From Flavobacteriaceae bacterium (GTDB taxonomy: Bacteria; Bacteroidota; Bacteroidia; Flavobacteriales; Flavobacteriaceae): 52,912 bases of DNA. The notes beneath the pieces are model-generated. The model was not told the origin of the DNA. It ran no database searches and saw only the letters and a program-made list of their open reading frames with translations. Location: NCBI GenBank assembly GCA_023258055.1, contig JALRAI010000001.1:1-52912 (forward strand), given 5' to 3'. The translations under genes were made by a program, and so were the position numbers. Of the stretch, positions 8,916 to 19,397 are shown in pieces. The first letter of the stretch is position 1, and the number at the start of each line of letters is the position of its first letter.

Positions 8916-9482
8916 ATGCGCATACTTGTCCTAGACAATCATGATAGTTTCGTATTCAATCTAGTGCATTACCTCGAAGTATTTGGCCATGAGGTTATCG
9001 TTAAACGGCCCATTTCGGTATCCGAGATAGACATTTCTCTTTATGACAAGATAGTGCTATCTCCAGGGCCCGGATTACCCAATGAGATCCCAGAACTTAT
9101 GCGCGCCATAAAACTATGGCATAAATCAAAGCCCATTTTAGGCGTTTGTTTGGGACACCAAGCCATTGGTCTTTTCTTTGGGGCTGAGTTAAAAAATTTA
9201 GTACAAGTCACTCATGGCGTATCCACACCAATAAAAATTTTAGATTGTCAAGATCAGCTATTTCAAAACTTACCAAATAAAATTGAAGTGGCGCGCTATC
9301 ATTCTTGGAGCATTGCACCTCAAAGTTTACCTCAAGAACTTGAATGCACCGCTTTAGATAATCATGGGGTCATTATGGCCATACGGCACAAAACCTTACC
9401 CATACATGGAATACAATTTCATCCAGAAAGCATACTAACGCCACTTGGGCGTAAAATCATTCAAAACTGGTTAGAGGCTTAG
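8916..9482 (+). CDS. Glutamine amidotransferase component II of aminodeoxychorismate/anthranilate synthase (PabA/TrpG type)
   Basis: ILVLDNHDSFVFNL, catalytic GVCLGHQAIG, GIQFHPESILT. It stands alone with no trp genes nearby, so a PabA role is plausible but not provable from sequence. Confidence 0.85.
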   Translation: MRILVLDNHDSFVFNLVHYLEVFGHEVIVKRPISVSEIDISLYDKIVLSPGPGLPNEIPELMRAIKLWHKSKPILGVCLGHQAIGLFFGAELKNLVQVTHGVSTPIKILDCQDQLFQNLPNKIEVARYHSWSIAPQSLPQELECTALDNHGVIMAIRHKTLPIHGIQFHPESILTPLGRKIIQNWLEA

Positions 9483-9595
9483 TCATTAATTTAAATGCCC
9501 CAGAGTTAACTGTCATATTTACACGATCGCACTTTCTTACCCTTCAGAATCTAGCCTTTTGAACTGAATTATACTGGAACTTCAATCTTAAAGCA

Positions 9596-9632
9596 CATAA
9601 AAAAAGCCCGCTCAATGAGCGGGCTTTCTTCT
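9596..9632. terminator. Bidirectional terminator between the amidotransferase gene and the 1152-aa cargo gene
   Basis: Perfect 9-bp stem AGCCCGCTC-aat-GAGCGGGCT with an A-run upstream (T-run on the minus strand) and TTCTTCT downstream. Confidence 0.65.
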
Positions 9633-9653
9633 AAAGAATATATCTAATCTTAT

Positions 9654-12600
9654 TTATTCTTTCACTAAACGCTTAATGGCTTGACCATCTTGAGCTTGAA
9701 GTTGTACCATGTACACTCCTGAGGCCAAGTGAGCCACATTCACACTAGCTTCAGCTGACATATCACTTAGATCGATAGTCTGAATCATACGACCGTTAAG
9801 ATCATAGATTACAGCGCGCTCTAATTGGATGTCAGTGCTGTTTCCAATGTTCATCACGTTACGTGCAGGGTTTGGATAGATTGCTACACCGGCATTCAAT
9901 TGGTTGCTAGCAACTCCCAATACACTTTCTACAGTAAGTTCGAAGCTACAAGTACCTACATTTCCTTCATCATCAGTTGAAGATAACGTCACAGTGTAAA
10001 CACCATCAGGTAATAATGTACCTACTGGTGGGTCTTGAGTAATAGCACCCGCAGGATCAGAACAGTTGTCGGTAGCTGTTACATCTACAGTGTAATCTGG
10101 CACTTCGTAGAACAAGTCTACAGCCCCTGGATCAACAGTCATGTCTTCTGGACATCCTTCTAATACAGGTCCCATATCATCTACAACAGTCATGGTCGCT
10201 TGACAAGAGGCAATGTTACCACTGTCATCACTCACGAATACAGTAACTGTAATAGCTGTACCTACATCTGCACAAGTAACATCAGTTACATCAACGGCCG
10301 TAATGGTAATACCACAGTTATCAAAAGAGTTAACCGGATCAATGAAGTATTCTGGCAATACTTCTGCCATACCATTTTCATCTAAGCTTACTGTTGCATC
10401 TTGACAAACTAAGATTGGATCATCAACATCAAGAACTTCTACCTGACTGATACAAGTTGAAACGTTACCACTGTTATCAGTAACCGTCACTACAACATCG
10501 TTGATTCCTAAGTAAGAACAATCAAAATCAAAGTTCTCTACAGCAGTCGTTCCTAAGTATTCGTAGTAGAAACGTCCGTTGAATACACGAGGATTGAATA
10601 CGTTTCCAGTAAATGGAACGTTAGTAGCAGATCCACCTGAGAATGAAAGCTCAGCGGTTGCGTAGTTTTGGTTCGTACCATCACCATTAGTATAATCGTG
10701 ACCGTGTCCTGCACTCAATACTAAGGCCATTCCGTAAGTCGTTCCTGCAGTCAGAGATACCGCTGAATCAAGCGTAGCCAAAGATGGAGTTCCTGCACCC
10801 TGTCCGTCACCACTACCTGTAGCAACTAGAGTCCAAGCACCAGCATTGTTTTCATTGCCGATGTAGGTACCATCAGGAATTGCATAAACCTCTACTGTGA
10901 ATGCACCTGTTTCACCAGTGTGAAGGTCAAGCGCGGTAAGCGAAACATCCTCAATGGCTGTTACGTCAAAGTAAATAGCACCACCGGCACCACCACCATT
11001 ACCTCCTGCGAATAGCGTTGTTAAATCTCCTGAAACAACACCTGGAGCGTCAACGGTCACAGTGTAGTCACAACCCTCAACAACATCAACAAGTAAGTCG
11101 CTTGCATCGTAGTTCGCTAGACCATTGCTATCTAATACAACTTGTACGATAGAACTTGGCGCGAAGTAAGTTAAATGGAAATTATCAACACCGGCTGACC
11201 AACCCCATCCACCTTCATCATCATAGGTGAAGCGCACTTGGAAATCAGCGTTTGCATAAGCCAATACATCGATATCCCCTGATGGTGTAGGTGGCGTATC
11301 AACAGTGGTAAAGAGAACTTCTACCCACTGTGTTCCGTCCCATACTTCAACGCGCAATAGTCCACTTCCGGCGAAATCTTGCATTGCGTAATCAAATGAA
11401 ATGGATGCTGTATCAACACCATCTAAATCGAATACTGGAGAAAGTAAACGAACTAGGTTAACTTGTCCGCTTCCTGCTGCATCATCATCAAAAGTTGCAG
11501 CGTTTGTTGGGAAGTCAGGACCACCTGATTGGAATCCTGTACCAAATTCCCAATCTCTGTTTCCAGTTTCTACAATTGTAGACCAACCGGCAGGAATAGT
11601 CGAAGCTTCAAAATCCTCCATATAGTCCCCACTTAGAGGCTCACCATCACAAATGATTTCAGGAGCAGTAGTATCAACAACAGTAATTAAGGTATTACAT
11701 GAAACACTGTTACCCGCTGCATCAAAGGCAGTAATTGAGATACCAACCTGTCCGATATCAGAACAATCTAGGAAATCATCTTGTGGGCCACCAGAAATTA
11801 GGGCTTCATAGATGACTCCTCCATTGAAAATACGAGGATTGAATACACTTCCAGTAAACGGTACGTTCGTTGCAGAACCTAAAGAAATCTCAACATCTCC
11901 GTTGGAGTAAAATTCATTAGATCCGTTTCCATTAGTGTAGTCATGACCGTGAGAGGCATCCATAACTACGGCCATGGCGTAATTAGTACCTGCAGAAAGA
12001 GCGATAGAACTACCAAATGTTCCTTCAGTTGGTGTTCCTAGTCCTTGAGCGGTACCAGAAACTGTGCCAAGTAAAGTCCATGCTCCAGGGTTTGTTTGGT
12101 TACCCACATAGGTGCCACCGACGATCGTATACACGTCAGCAGTGAAAGCACCTGTTTCTGCGGTGTGCAGATAAAGTCCCGTAAGGGTAATGTCGTTTAA
12201 AACATTCACGTCAAAATATACAGCTCCACCAAATGAACCACCGTTTCCGGCAGCAAATGTTGTAGTCAATTCGCGTGTTTCTGGAATTAATGCTCCACCG
12301 AATACGTAATTTACAATACCACAGTTATCACTGAAGCTCGCTAAAAGTTCTTCAGGATCTAAAGTATATTCACCAGCAGTACCCAATTCAACAGTGTACT
12401 CAGCTAAACACTCAATTACAGGATCTTGTACATCCTCTACAGTAATAGTAAAGGTACAAGTGCTTTGGTTTCCTCCAAGATCGTAAGCAGTAAATTCTAC
12501 AGTGTTTACACCCACTGGGAATTCTGAACCACTTGGAAGTCCCGCTGTTTGAACAACGACATCTAGGTCACCATCTGGGTCGATAGCTACCGCATCAGCA

Positions 12601-13112
12601 AAGTTGACAATAGCCCCACACTGATCGGCATCGTTAGATACTACAACGTCTGCAGGACACTGAATTACTGGTGGATCACCCACAATTAGTGGCTCACTAA
12701 CAAGCGTGGCAAAAGTCGACGTACTGGTAGTGTTTGAAGCACAAAAAAAGCGATTAATGTGAACCTCAATGTTTGCTCCAGTTGAAGTAAATGAAACTCG
12801 ACTTTGTAGACCACAAGAATCGTCATTATAAGCGATTACCGCACCTGTCGAAGCATTTCGAATAGTTAACTGTGTGTCGTATGAAGCACCGCAAAGATCC
12901 CATTCGTACACCGCACCTGCCTGAAGCCCACTCACTTCGTAGTACTCACCAGCCCAGTTAAAATTGGTAATGTTAGTTCGAACACCAACCACTGTCGGCG
13001 CATTCTGTGTTGCAGTAGGATATCTACTTGTATTCGGGCTACATTGCGCCTCCAAAGACCAAGAAGATCCGACCGTCAGTAACACGGACATTAAGAAAAT
13101 AATTTTTTTCAT
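9654..13112 (-). CDS. Large secreted multidomain surface protein with type-A T9SS C-terminal sorting domain (Por_Secre_tail type)
   Basis: Signal peptide. A PPC-like N-domain (YYEVSGLQAG...DTQLTI...IAYNDD). HYR-like modules (CPADVVV...FPVGVNTVEFTAYDLGGNQSTCTFTITVED; GCPEDMTV...GVYTVTLSSTDDEGNVGTCSFELTVE). A MAM / choice-of-anchor-J-like domain (EDFEASTIPAGWSTIV...). Two copies of a ~155-aa module. C-terminal IYPNPARNVMNI...VIYDLNGRMI...LASGVYMVQLQ...KRLVKE. Confidence 0.85.
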   Translation of the reverse strand: MKKIIFLMSVLLTVGSSWSLEAQCSPNTSRYPTATQNAPTVVGVRTNITNFNWAGEYYEVSGLQAGAVYEWDLCGASYDTQLTIRNASTGAVIAYNDDSCGLQSRVSFTSTGANIEVHINRFFCASNTTSTSTFATLVSEPLIVGDPPVIQCPADVVVSNDADQCGAIVNFADAVAIDPDGDLDVVVQTAGLPSGSEFPVGVNTVEFTAYDLGGNQSTCTFTITVEDVQDPVIECLAEYTVELGTAGEYTLDPEELLASFSDNCGIVNYVFGGALIPETRELTTTFAAGNGGSFGGAVYFDVNVLNDITLTGLYLHTAETGAFTADVYTIVGGTYVGNQTNPGAWTLLGTVSGTAQGLGTPTEGTFGSSIALSAGTNYAMAVVMDASHGHDYTNGNGSNEFYSNGDVEISLGSATNVPFTGSVFNPRIFNGGVIYEALISGGPQDDFLDCSDIGQVGISITAFDAAGNSVSCNTLITVVDTTAPEIICDGEPLSGDYMEDFEASTIPAGWSTIVETGNRDWEFGTGFQSGGPDFPTNAATFDDDAAGSGQVNLVRLLSPVFDLDGVDTASISFDYAMQDFAGSGLLRVEVWDGTQWVEVLFTTVDTPPTPSGDIDVLAYANADFQVRFTYDDEGGWGWSAGVDNFHLTYFAPSSIVQVVLDSNGLANYDASDLLVDVVEGCDYTVTVDAPGVVSGDLTTLFAGGNGGGAGGAIYFDVTAIEDVSLTALDLHTGETGAFTVEVYAIPDGTYIGNENNAGAWTLVATGSGDGQGAGTPSLATLDSAVSLTAGTTYGMALVLSAGHGHDYTNGDGTNQNYATAELSFSGGSATNVPFTGNVFNPRVFNGRFYYEYLGTTAVENFDFDCSYLGINDVVVTVTDNSGNVSTCISQVEVLDVDDPILVCQDATVSLDENGMAEVLPEYFIDPVNSFDNCGITITAVDVTDVTCADVGTAITVTVFVSDDSGNIASCQATMTVVDDMGPVLEGCPEDMTVDPGAVDLFYEVPDYTVDVTATDNCSDPAGAITQDPPVGTLLPDGVYTVTLSSTDDEGNVGTCSFELTVESVLGVASNQLNAGVAIYPNPARNVMNIGNSTDIQLERAVIYDLNGRMIQTIDLSDMSAEASVNVAHLASGVYMVQLQAQDGQAIKRLVKE

Positions 13113-13180
13113 GTGTAAATAAGATTAGTTATTAGCGATTAAAGATATAAAAATTCCAAAAGAATAAAACAGGCCGGGAC

Positions 13181-13206
13181 AAAAAAAAACACCAATGATT
13201 GGTGCT
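13181..13206 (-). terminator. Probable terminator of yaaA
   Basis: On the minus strand: CACCAA-tca-TTGGTG followed by T9. The stem is short (6 bp). Confidence 0.4.
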
Positions 13207-13245
13207 TTTGAATTTTAGGCGCCTTTATCGGCAAAAAATAACCAC

Positions 13246-14004
13246 TTATCGAATAAAAACGAGCTGATTTCCTTCAGACATTTCTTGACTTAGGGCATAA
13301 CCACCGTCGGAGAACGCCATAAGATCTTCTAAAGATTCAGCTCCACTCTCGATGATAAAACGAGCCATGAGCCCACGCGCGTGTTTGGCATAAACCGCAA
13401 GTACTTTGTAGGCACCATTTTTAAACTCTTTAAACACCGGAGTAATGACAGGATTATCCAGGGTGCCAAAGTCGACGCATTTGGCGTATTCATTACTGGC
13501 CAAATTCACTACTATTTCTCCTGGCTCAAGATCTGAGTCCAAAGCTTTGGTTACCTCCTTATGCCAAAATTCGTAAAGATTTTTTGCTCGTCCGATGGCC
13601 AGCTTTGTCCCCATTTCAAGTCGATAAGGCATAATTTGATCCAAAGGTCTCAATAGCCCGTACTGTCCCGATAAAATACGCAGCGTATTTTGCATCATTT
13701 CAATGCGATCAGCCGGTAAATTGTAGACGTCTAATCCGCGATAAACTTCACCGTTAAAGGCATAAACCGCAGCGCGCTCCTCTGAGGCATTGCCCTCACC
13801 CGACCAGACCTGATTGCGCTCGTAATTCAAAGCGGCCAAACTGGGAGAAATACCCATTAAATCCATTAATTTTTTCGGATTTTTTTTGCGCAAAACCGCA
13901 TTGACCTGGGCTGCCTTATCTAAAAAGATTGGAACACTGGTTTGATCACAAGGCACAGGGGTCTGAAAATCTAAGCTCTTAGCAGGGGATAGTAAAACTT
14001 TCAT
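13246..14004 (-). CDS. yaaA: Peroxide-stress protein YaaA (DUF328 family)
   Basis: N-terminus MKVLLSPAKSLDF. The 252-aa length and the conserved ...YRGLD... and ...PYRLEMG... segments match. Confidence 0.88.
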   Translation of the reverse strand: MKVLLSPAKSLDFQTPVPCDQTSVPIFLDKAAQVNAVLRKKNPKKLMDLMGISPSLAALNYERNQVWSGEGNASEERAAVYAFNGEVYRGLDVYNLPADRIEMMQNTLRILSGQYGLLRPLDQIMPYRLEMGTKLAIGRAKNLYEFWHKEVTKALDSDLEPGEIVVNLASNEYAKCVDFGTLDNPVITPVFKEFKNGAYKVLAVYAKHARGLMARFIIESGAESLEDLMAFSDGGYALSQEMSEGNQLVFIR

Positions 14005-14155
14005 GCTACTAAACTATAAAAAAATAACGATGAATTTTGCCCAAAGCAATCACCAAGAGTTATCAAAAGATAATCATCCTTTATACAGAAAATATTTAGG
14101 TTGAGATTAGGCAAAACCCGGAGCCTTAAGCTGCCTTATTGATGTCAGAAGATAA

Positions 14156-15202
14156 CTATGTCTGACTGGATTTCGCATAATTGCGCCACTTATCGATTAC
14201 CCCTTCCATATCCTGGGGTAAAGGTGCTTCAAAATGCATTAATTCATGACTCACTGGATGCACAAATCCCAAAGTTTTCGCATGTAAGGCTTGACGTGGA
14301 AGGACCTTAAAACAATTGTCTACAAACTGCTTGTACTTTGTAAAATGTGTTCCTTTGAGCACTTCATTTCCGCCATAACGCTCATCATTAAACAAGGTAT
14401 GGCCGATATGTTTCATATGGACCCTAATCTGATGCGTTCTACCCGTCTCTAAAATACAACGAATCAAAGTCACATAACCCAATCGTTCTATGACTTCATA
14501 ATGGGTCACTGCAGGCTTGCCTTTGAGCTCTGCCTCTTCACCTTCAAATACAGTGTTTTGCAGTCTGTTTTTGGGGTGACGCCCTATATATCCCTCTACC
14601 GTGCCACGATCCTCCTCTACATTACCCCAAACCAAAGCGACATATTCTCGCTGAGTGGATTTATCAAAAAATTGCTGCGCCAGATGGGTCATGGCCTGCT
14701 CGGTTTTGGCCACCACCAATAAGCCACTGGTGTCTTTATCTATTCTGTGCACCAATCCGGGTCGATTGTTTTGATTTTCGGGCAAATGTTCAAAGTGAAA
14801 TATGAGACCATTGATCAATGTATCCTTGTAATTTCCATGTCCTGGATGTACTACCATACCTGCAGGCTTATTGACCACAACTACAGCATCGTCCTCATAA
14901 ACTATATTGAGCTCAATTTCTTGAGGAACTAATAAAAATTCGTGTGGCGGGTGGGCAAATAAAACCCGGACAACATCATTGCCTTTGACCTTGTAATTAG
15001 ATTTAACCGACTGATCATTGACATAAATATGTCCTTCCTTTGCGGCTTTTTGAATCTTGTTACGCGTGGCGTGTTCTATTCGATTCATCAAGAATTTATC
15101 CACTCGAAGTGGCTGTTGCCCTTTATCGGCCACAAAACGAAAGTGTTCATGTAAATCGTCTTGCTCGTCAAGTGGGTCCGTAGAATATGATTCTTCAATC
15201 AT
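14156..15202 (-). CDS. rluD: RluA-family 23S rRNA pseudouridine synthase (RluD-like) with N-terminal S4 domain
   Basis: S4-like segment LRVDKFL...TRNKIQKAAKEGHIYVND, catalytic motif HRIDKDTSGLLVVAK, and GRTHQIRVHM. Confidence 0.88.
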   Translation of the reverse strand: MIEESYSTDPLDEQDDLHEHFRFVADKGQQPLRVDKFLMNRIEHATRNKIQKAAKEGHIYVNDQSVKSNYKVKGNDVVRVLFAHPPHEFLLVPQEIELNIVYEDDAVVVVNKPAGMVVHPGHGNYKDTLINGLIFHFEHLPENQNNRPGLVHRIDKDTSGLLVVAKTEQAMTHLAQQFFDKSTQREYVALVWGNVEEDRGTVEGYIGRHPKNRLQNTVFEGEEAELKGKPAVTHYEVIERLGYVTLIRCILETGRTHQIRVHMKHIGHTLFNDERYGGNEVLKGTHFTKYKQFVDNCFKVLPRQALHAKTLGFVHPVSHELMHFEAPLPQDMEGVIDKWRNYAKSSQT

Positions 15203-15211
15203 AAGTTTAAT

Positions 15212-15832
15212 TTACAGGGAATCTCTTTTGCGATTTGATGGATGATAAGGTGAATCGCGATCTAAGGGCTCTACCTTAAAACCCCCAGTACCATCGCCCA
15301 GTTCAAGATCAATAATTGAGGTAAGTGGTAACTGATCTCCTTGTTTAAGACTGCGTTTGCGAAACTTCATAGACAGTACCTCGTCTTTGGCAATATATTT
15401 TTTATAGGTCAATTTACCCACCTTAAACCCTGCAGATCTCAAAGCAGGCTCTGCCTGACGCAAAGTCTTGCCCACTATATAGGGTATAACAGTCATTTTA
15501 TAACCCGATCGGTTGATGGATAAATAAATCTTTCTCTCTTGTTTTACCATAGAGCCGGAGGCAGGGATTTGCTCAATAACTGTTTGATAAGGAAAATTAG
15601 GATTGTAGCTACTGGTGTCTAAAATAGCAAAGGCTAACTGACGCTCTCCTAGTGTAGCCTGGGCCTCTTCTAAGGTCATTCCACTGACATCAGGTACCGC
15701 AATCTGCTGGCCGTGCCGGGTATTGCTATCTAACCAAAACAACAAGCCATAGATCACCACAAAAAGTAGTAAAAACACCAGAAAAATCTGCTTCAGGAAG
15801 ATTCGCGAAAAAATAAAACGAATTAGACTCAT
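15212..15832 (-). CDS. PASTA-domain membrane protein
   Basis: N-terminal TM helix followed by PASTA-like repeats (IAVPDVSGMTLEEAQATL..., VIPYIVGKTLRQAEPALRSAGFKVG...). The track start at 15853 is GTG; ATG at 15832. It ends 9 nt upstream of rluD. Confidence 0.75.
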   Translation of the reverse strand: MSLIRFIFSRIFLKQIFLVFLLLFVVIYGLLFWLDSNTRHGQQIAVPDVSGMTLEEAQATLGERQLAFAILDTSSYNPNFPYQTVIEQIPASGSMVKQERKIYLSINRSGYKMTVIPYIVGKTLRQAEPALRSAGFKVGKLTYKKYIAKDEVLSMKFRKRSLKQGDQLPLTSIIDLELGDGTGGFKVEPLDRDSPYHPSNRKRDSL

Positions 15833-15907
15833 ATTGGATTTAGGAAGAATCACAAAAATACTAAACGTAAATTTAGTAAGTTTAATGCGGCAAGTAAATA
15901 TTTTTAT

Positions 15908-16918
15908 ATGGCACCACTGCAGTCCAAAATTTCTATTCTTGTATTAATGGGTGGTTACACCAGCGAATTTGGCATTAGTATCAAATCAGGGACTGTCGTA
16001 TGTGAGGAACTTGATCGAGAAAAATACCAAGTATATCCTTGTGTCGTGACAAAAGACAAATGGTTTTACCAAGACACAAATTCAGTAAAACACGAGGTTG
16101 ATCCAGGAAGTCTGTCCATTAATTTGGGCGAAAAAAAAATTCATCCTGATGTGGTCTTCAATACCATACACGGCAGTCCAGGCGAAGATGGTCATATCGC
16201 CTCGCTTTGCGCCCTACTTGAGGTGCCACAGACCAGCACCCACTTTTACGCTGCCGCTCTGAGCTTTAACAAACGGGATTGTTTATCCGTACTGAAAGCG
16301 CATGGCATACCCTGTGCTGAGTCAATTTATTGCGACAAAAATAATCCTCCGAGTTTTAAGGAAGTCCAAAACAAACTGGGGCTTCCATTTTTTGTCAAAC
16401 CCAATCGCTCAGGTTCGAGTTACGGGGTGAGTATGGTGAATGCCGAAATTGAATATGAGCAGGCCCTTAATACTGCATTTGCTGAAGACCATCAAATTCT
16501 CATCGAACGTGCACTAAAGGGTATAGAGGTTTCCGTGGGAGCCTATGCCTTCAACGGTGAAGTTATAATTCTTACGCCCACAGAAATAGTGTCTGAGAAT
16601 GCATTTTTTGACCTGAGTGCAAAATATGAAGGTAAAGCCCAGGAGATCACTCCTGCCAGAATAAATGATCAGGTGACCTCAAAAGTCCAAGAGCTTGTCC
16701 ATAAAATATATACGACCCTTGAAATGAATGGCGCATGTCGAGCTGACTTTATTATCGAAGAAGGGCAGCCTTATTTTATTGAGTTAAATTCTACTCCAGG
16801 CTTGTCAAAAGAGAGTCTGATTCCACAGCAGGCTAAATATTCAGGAATCAGCCTTAGCGAATTTTTTGATCGTTTGATTACAGAAGCCATTAATAATCAC
16901 AAAAAAAATCACTCATGA
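15908..16918 (+). CDS. ddl: D-alanine--D-alanine ligase
   Basis: ATP-grasp pattern: GGYTSEFGISIKSG, HGSPGEDGHIASL, PFFVKPNRSGSSYGVS, FIELNSTPGL. Confidence 0.92.
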   Translation: MAPLQSKISILVLMGGYTSEFGISIKSGTVVCEELDREKYQVYPCVVTKDKWFYQDTNSVKHEVDPGSLSINLGEKKIHPDVVFNTIHGSPGEDGHIASLCALLEVPQTSTHFYAAALSFNKRDCLSVLKAHGIPCAESIYCDKNNPPSFKEVQNKLGLPFFVKPNRSGSSYGVSMVNAEIEYEQALNTAFAEDHQILIERALKGIEVSVGAYAFNGEVIILTPTEIVSENAFFDLSAKYEGKAQEITPARINDQVTSKVQELVHKIYTTLEMNGACRADFIIEEGQPYFIELNSTPGLSKESLIPQQAKYSGISLSEFFDRLITEAINNHKKNHS

Positions 16919-17364
16919 AACGCGCTATTTTTCCAGGATCATTTGACCCCTTTACGCGAGGTCACCTTTCAATTGTGATGCGCGCCCTTGCACTTTTTGA
17001 CCAAGTTGTAATCGCCATAGGTCAGAACACCGATAAAACACCCATGGTTGCAGTGGAGCAACGCATCAAAACTTTGGAACAATTATTTCAAAACGAGGAG
17101 AAAATTTCTGTAACTCAATACTCAGGACTCACTATGGACTTTTGCAAGACGCAAAACGCCCAATATATCATTCGAGGTTTACGCAATGCACAGGACTTTA
17201 ACTACGAGCAACCCATTGCTCAAAACAACCTGCAACTCGGGGCTATAGAAACAGTCTTTTTATCTGCCGAGCCCCATTTGAGTCATCTATCAAGCACAAT
17301 CGCCAGGGATATTGCCAAGTACGGCGGTGATTTGAAGTCATTTTTACCTGATTCGACCCAATAA
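16915..17364 (+). CDS. coaD: Phosphopantetheine adenylyltransferase
   Basis: AIFPGSFDPFTRGHLSIV (the T/HxGH motif), 149 aa, with a 4-nt ATGA overlap with ddl. Confidence 0.93.
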   Translation: MKRAIFPGSFDPFTRGHLSIVMRALALFDQVVIAIGQNTDKTPMVAVEQRIKTLEQLFQNEEKISVTQYSGLTMDFCKTQNAQYIIRGLRNAQDFNYEQPIAQNNLQLGAIETVFLSAEPHLSHLSSTIARDIAKYGGDLKSFLPDSTQ

Positions 17365-17392
17365 AATTCTAACCCATAAAATTCAGTCCAAT

Positions 17393-17423
17393 AAAAAAGC
17401 CTCCATGCTGCGCATGAAGGCTT
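17393..17423. terminator. Bidirectional terminator between coaD and rpsT
   Basis: AAGCCTCCATG-ctgcg-CATGAAGGCTT (11-bp stem with one mismatch), with an A-run on the plus side that reads as a T-run for minus-strand rpsT. Confidence 0.45.
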
Positions 17424-17448
17424 CTTATATTTTGAACACTAGGCCGTA

Positions 17449-17700
17449 TTATAGTGCGGCGACGTGCTTTGTAAGGCTTGACTTTAAATTTGCCGCTTTG
17501 TTGGCATGAATAATATTTTTCTTTGCCAATTTATCGAGCATAGAAGTTACCTCAGGCAACAACTTTTCAGCCTCTTTTTTATCACTCATTTCACGGAGCT
17601 TCTTCATTGCGTTACGGGCAGTTTTGTGCTTATAACGATTCAAAAGGCGTTTAGTTTCGTTGCTTCTAATTCTCTTTAAAGCGGATTTATGATTTGCCAT
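17449..17700 (-). CDS. rpsT: 30S ribosomal protein S20
   Basis: MANHKSALKRIRSNETKRLLNRYKHKT..., 83 aa and basic. Confidence 0.95.
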   Translation of the reverse strand: MANHKSALKRIRSNETKRLLNRYKHKTARNAMKKLREMSDKKEAEKLLPEVTSMLDKLAKKNIIHANKAANLKSSLTKHVAAL

Positions 17701-17720
17701 AATCTCTGTCTTAATTTTTG

Positions 17721-17792
17721 TAGCCCATAGGAGAATCGAACTCCTGTTTCAAGGATGAAAACCTTGCGTCCTAACCACTAGACGAATGGGCC
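17721..17792 (-). tRNA. tRNA-Glu (anticodon UUC)
   Basis: The reverse complement GGCCCATTCGTCTAGTGGTTAGGACGCAAGGTTTTCATCCTTGAAACAGGAGTTCGATTCTCCTATGGGCTA folds as a cloverleaf. Acceptor GGCCCAT/ATGGGCT, anticodon stem CAAGG/CCTTG with loop TTTTCAT, T-arm AGGAG-TTCGATT-CTCCT. CCA is not encoded. Confidence 0.92.
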
Positions 17793-17869
17793 GTTAATTC
17801 AAAATGCGGATGCAAAAATACAACATTTTTTAAATGCCGCAAGTAATGCATTTTATTTTTCAAAAAAAA

Positions 17870-19342
17870 CTAGTAAGCTTTTGCAAACAGTACTTTTCGC
17901 GCAGATTCTCGTCCTGTAAAAATACATTGACCCGGTTGTTCTGGCCCCTCGAGAGGAATACAGCGAATTGTCGCTTTAGTTTCGTTTTTAATGCGCTCCT
18001 CGGTTTCTGAGCTGCCGTCCCAATGCGCCCAAACAAATCCTCCTTTTTCTTCAATTAAGGTCTTGAATTCATCGTAAGTCTCTGCCTCGTGGGTCAATGA
18101 ATGACGCATGGTCAATGCCTTTTGAAATAAATTATCTTGGATATCTATTAGCAATTGCTCTATATAGCTTACGGCCTCAGCCTCCGATACTAATTCTTTG
18201 GACAAATTATCTCGACGAGCAACTTCAAAGGTTTTGTTTTCCAAATCCTTTGGCCCCAGGGCTACACGAACTGGTACTCCTTTGAGTTCATACTCATTGA
18301 ACTTCCAACCTGGTTTATGGGTGTCTCTCGAATCTAAGGTCACTCTTATCCCTTTAAGACGCAAAGCCTCGACAAGTTCTTTTCCTTTGGCCACAGTTTG
18401 CTCGTACTGCTCTTCTGTTCTGTATATAGGAACAATAACGACTTGATCTGGGGCTAGATTTGGGGGCAACACTAATCCATTATCGTCACTATGGGTCATG
18501 ATAAGCGCGCCCATTAGTCGCGTTGAAACGCCCCACGAAGTCGCCCAAACATGATTCAACGAACCATCCTTATCCGAAAATTTGACATCAAAGGCTTTGG
18601 CAAAATTCTGGCCTAAAAAGTGTGAGGTTCCCGCCTGCAATGCTTTCCCATCCTGCATCATGGCTTCAATACAATAGGTTTCTAATGCACCGGCAAATCG
18701 CTCATTAGCAGACTTTGTCCCTTTAATTACGGGCACGGCCATAAAGTTTTCAGCAAAATCTGCATAAACATGCATCATTTGCTCTGCTTCAGCAATGGCC
18801 TCCTGCTTTGTTGCATGAGCGGTATGCCCCTCTTGCCATAAAAACTCTGCAGTGCGCAAAAACAAGCGCGTACGCATTTCCCAGCGCACGACATTGGCCC
18901 ATTGATTGATCAAAATAGGCAAATCTCTATAAGACTGAATCCACTTTCTGTAGGTATCCCAAATGATGGTTTCAGAAGTCGGGCGCACAATTAACTCCTC
19001 CTCTAATTTGGCCTTATCATCAACAACAATACTGCCGTCTTCACTTGTTTTAAGGCGATAATGAGTCACTACAGCACATTCTTTGGCAAAACCATCGACA
19101 TGACTCGCCTCCTTACTGAAGTATGATTTTGGAATGAACAGCGGAAAATAAGCATTGCGATGGCCCGTTTCTTTGAACATACGGTCCAACTCCTTTTGCA
19201 TCATTTCCCAAATCGAAAAGCCATAAGGTTTGATCACCATACATCCGCGGACACCTGAATTCTCGGCTAGATCAGCTTTGATGACGAGTTCGTTATACCA
19301 CTTGGAGTAGTCTTCGGCTCTTGACGTTAAGTTTTTCCCCAT
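17870..19342 (-). CDS. proS: Proline--tRNA ligase (archaeal/eukaryote-like type, ~490 aa)
   Basis: Class II aaRS motifs ([10 protein letters not shown]-like [37 protein letters not shown]), an anticodon-binding domain, and a C-terminal Zn-binding-type domain ending ...VLFAKAY. Confidence 0.95.
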   Translation of the reverse strand: MGKNLTSRAEDYSKWYNELVIKADLAENSGVRGCMVIKPYGFSIWEMMQKELDRMFKETGHRNAYFPLFIPKSYFSKEASHVDGFAKECAVVTHYRLKTSEDGSIVVDDKAKLEEELIVRPTSETIIWDTYRKWIQSYRDLPILINQWANVVRWEMRTRLFLRTAEFLWQEGHTAHATKQEAIAEAEQMMHVYADFAENFMAVPVIKGTKSANERFAGALETYCIEAMMQDGKALQAGTSHFLGQNFAKAFDVKFSDKDGSLNHVWATSWGVSTRLMGALIMTHSDDNGLVLPPNLAPDQVVIVPIYRTEEQYEQTVAKGKELVEALRLKGIRVTLDSRDTHKPGWKFNEYELKGVPVRVALGPKDLENKTFEVARRDNLSKELVSEAEAVSYIEQLLIDIQDNLFQKALTMRHSLTHEAETYDEFKTLIEEKGGFVWAHWDGSSETEERIKNETKATIRCIPLEGPEQPGQCIFTGRESARKVLFAKAY

Positions 19343-19397
19343 ATTAAAAGAGTTGGCACAGTAATTGCACTAGAGTTAAAAAAGAGTTCTGTTTCGG

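Noticed and set aside
16128-16140. A9 homopolymer inside ddl as a possible frameshift hotspot
   Set aside because: The run encodes GEKKI in frame in an intact, full-length essential gene. There is no sign of a frameshift or alternative product.
17860-18054. 64-aa ORF on the minus strand at the 3' end of proS
   Set aside because: It lies entirely within proS in another frame, and proS homology runs to its own stop at 17870.
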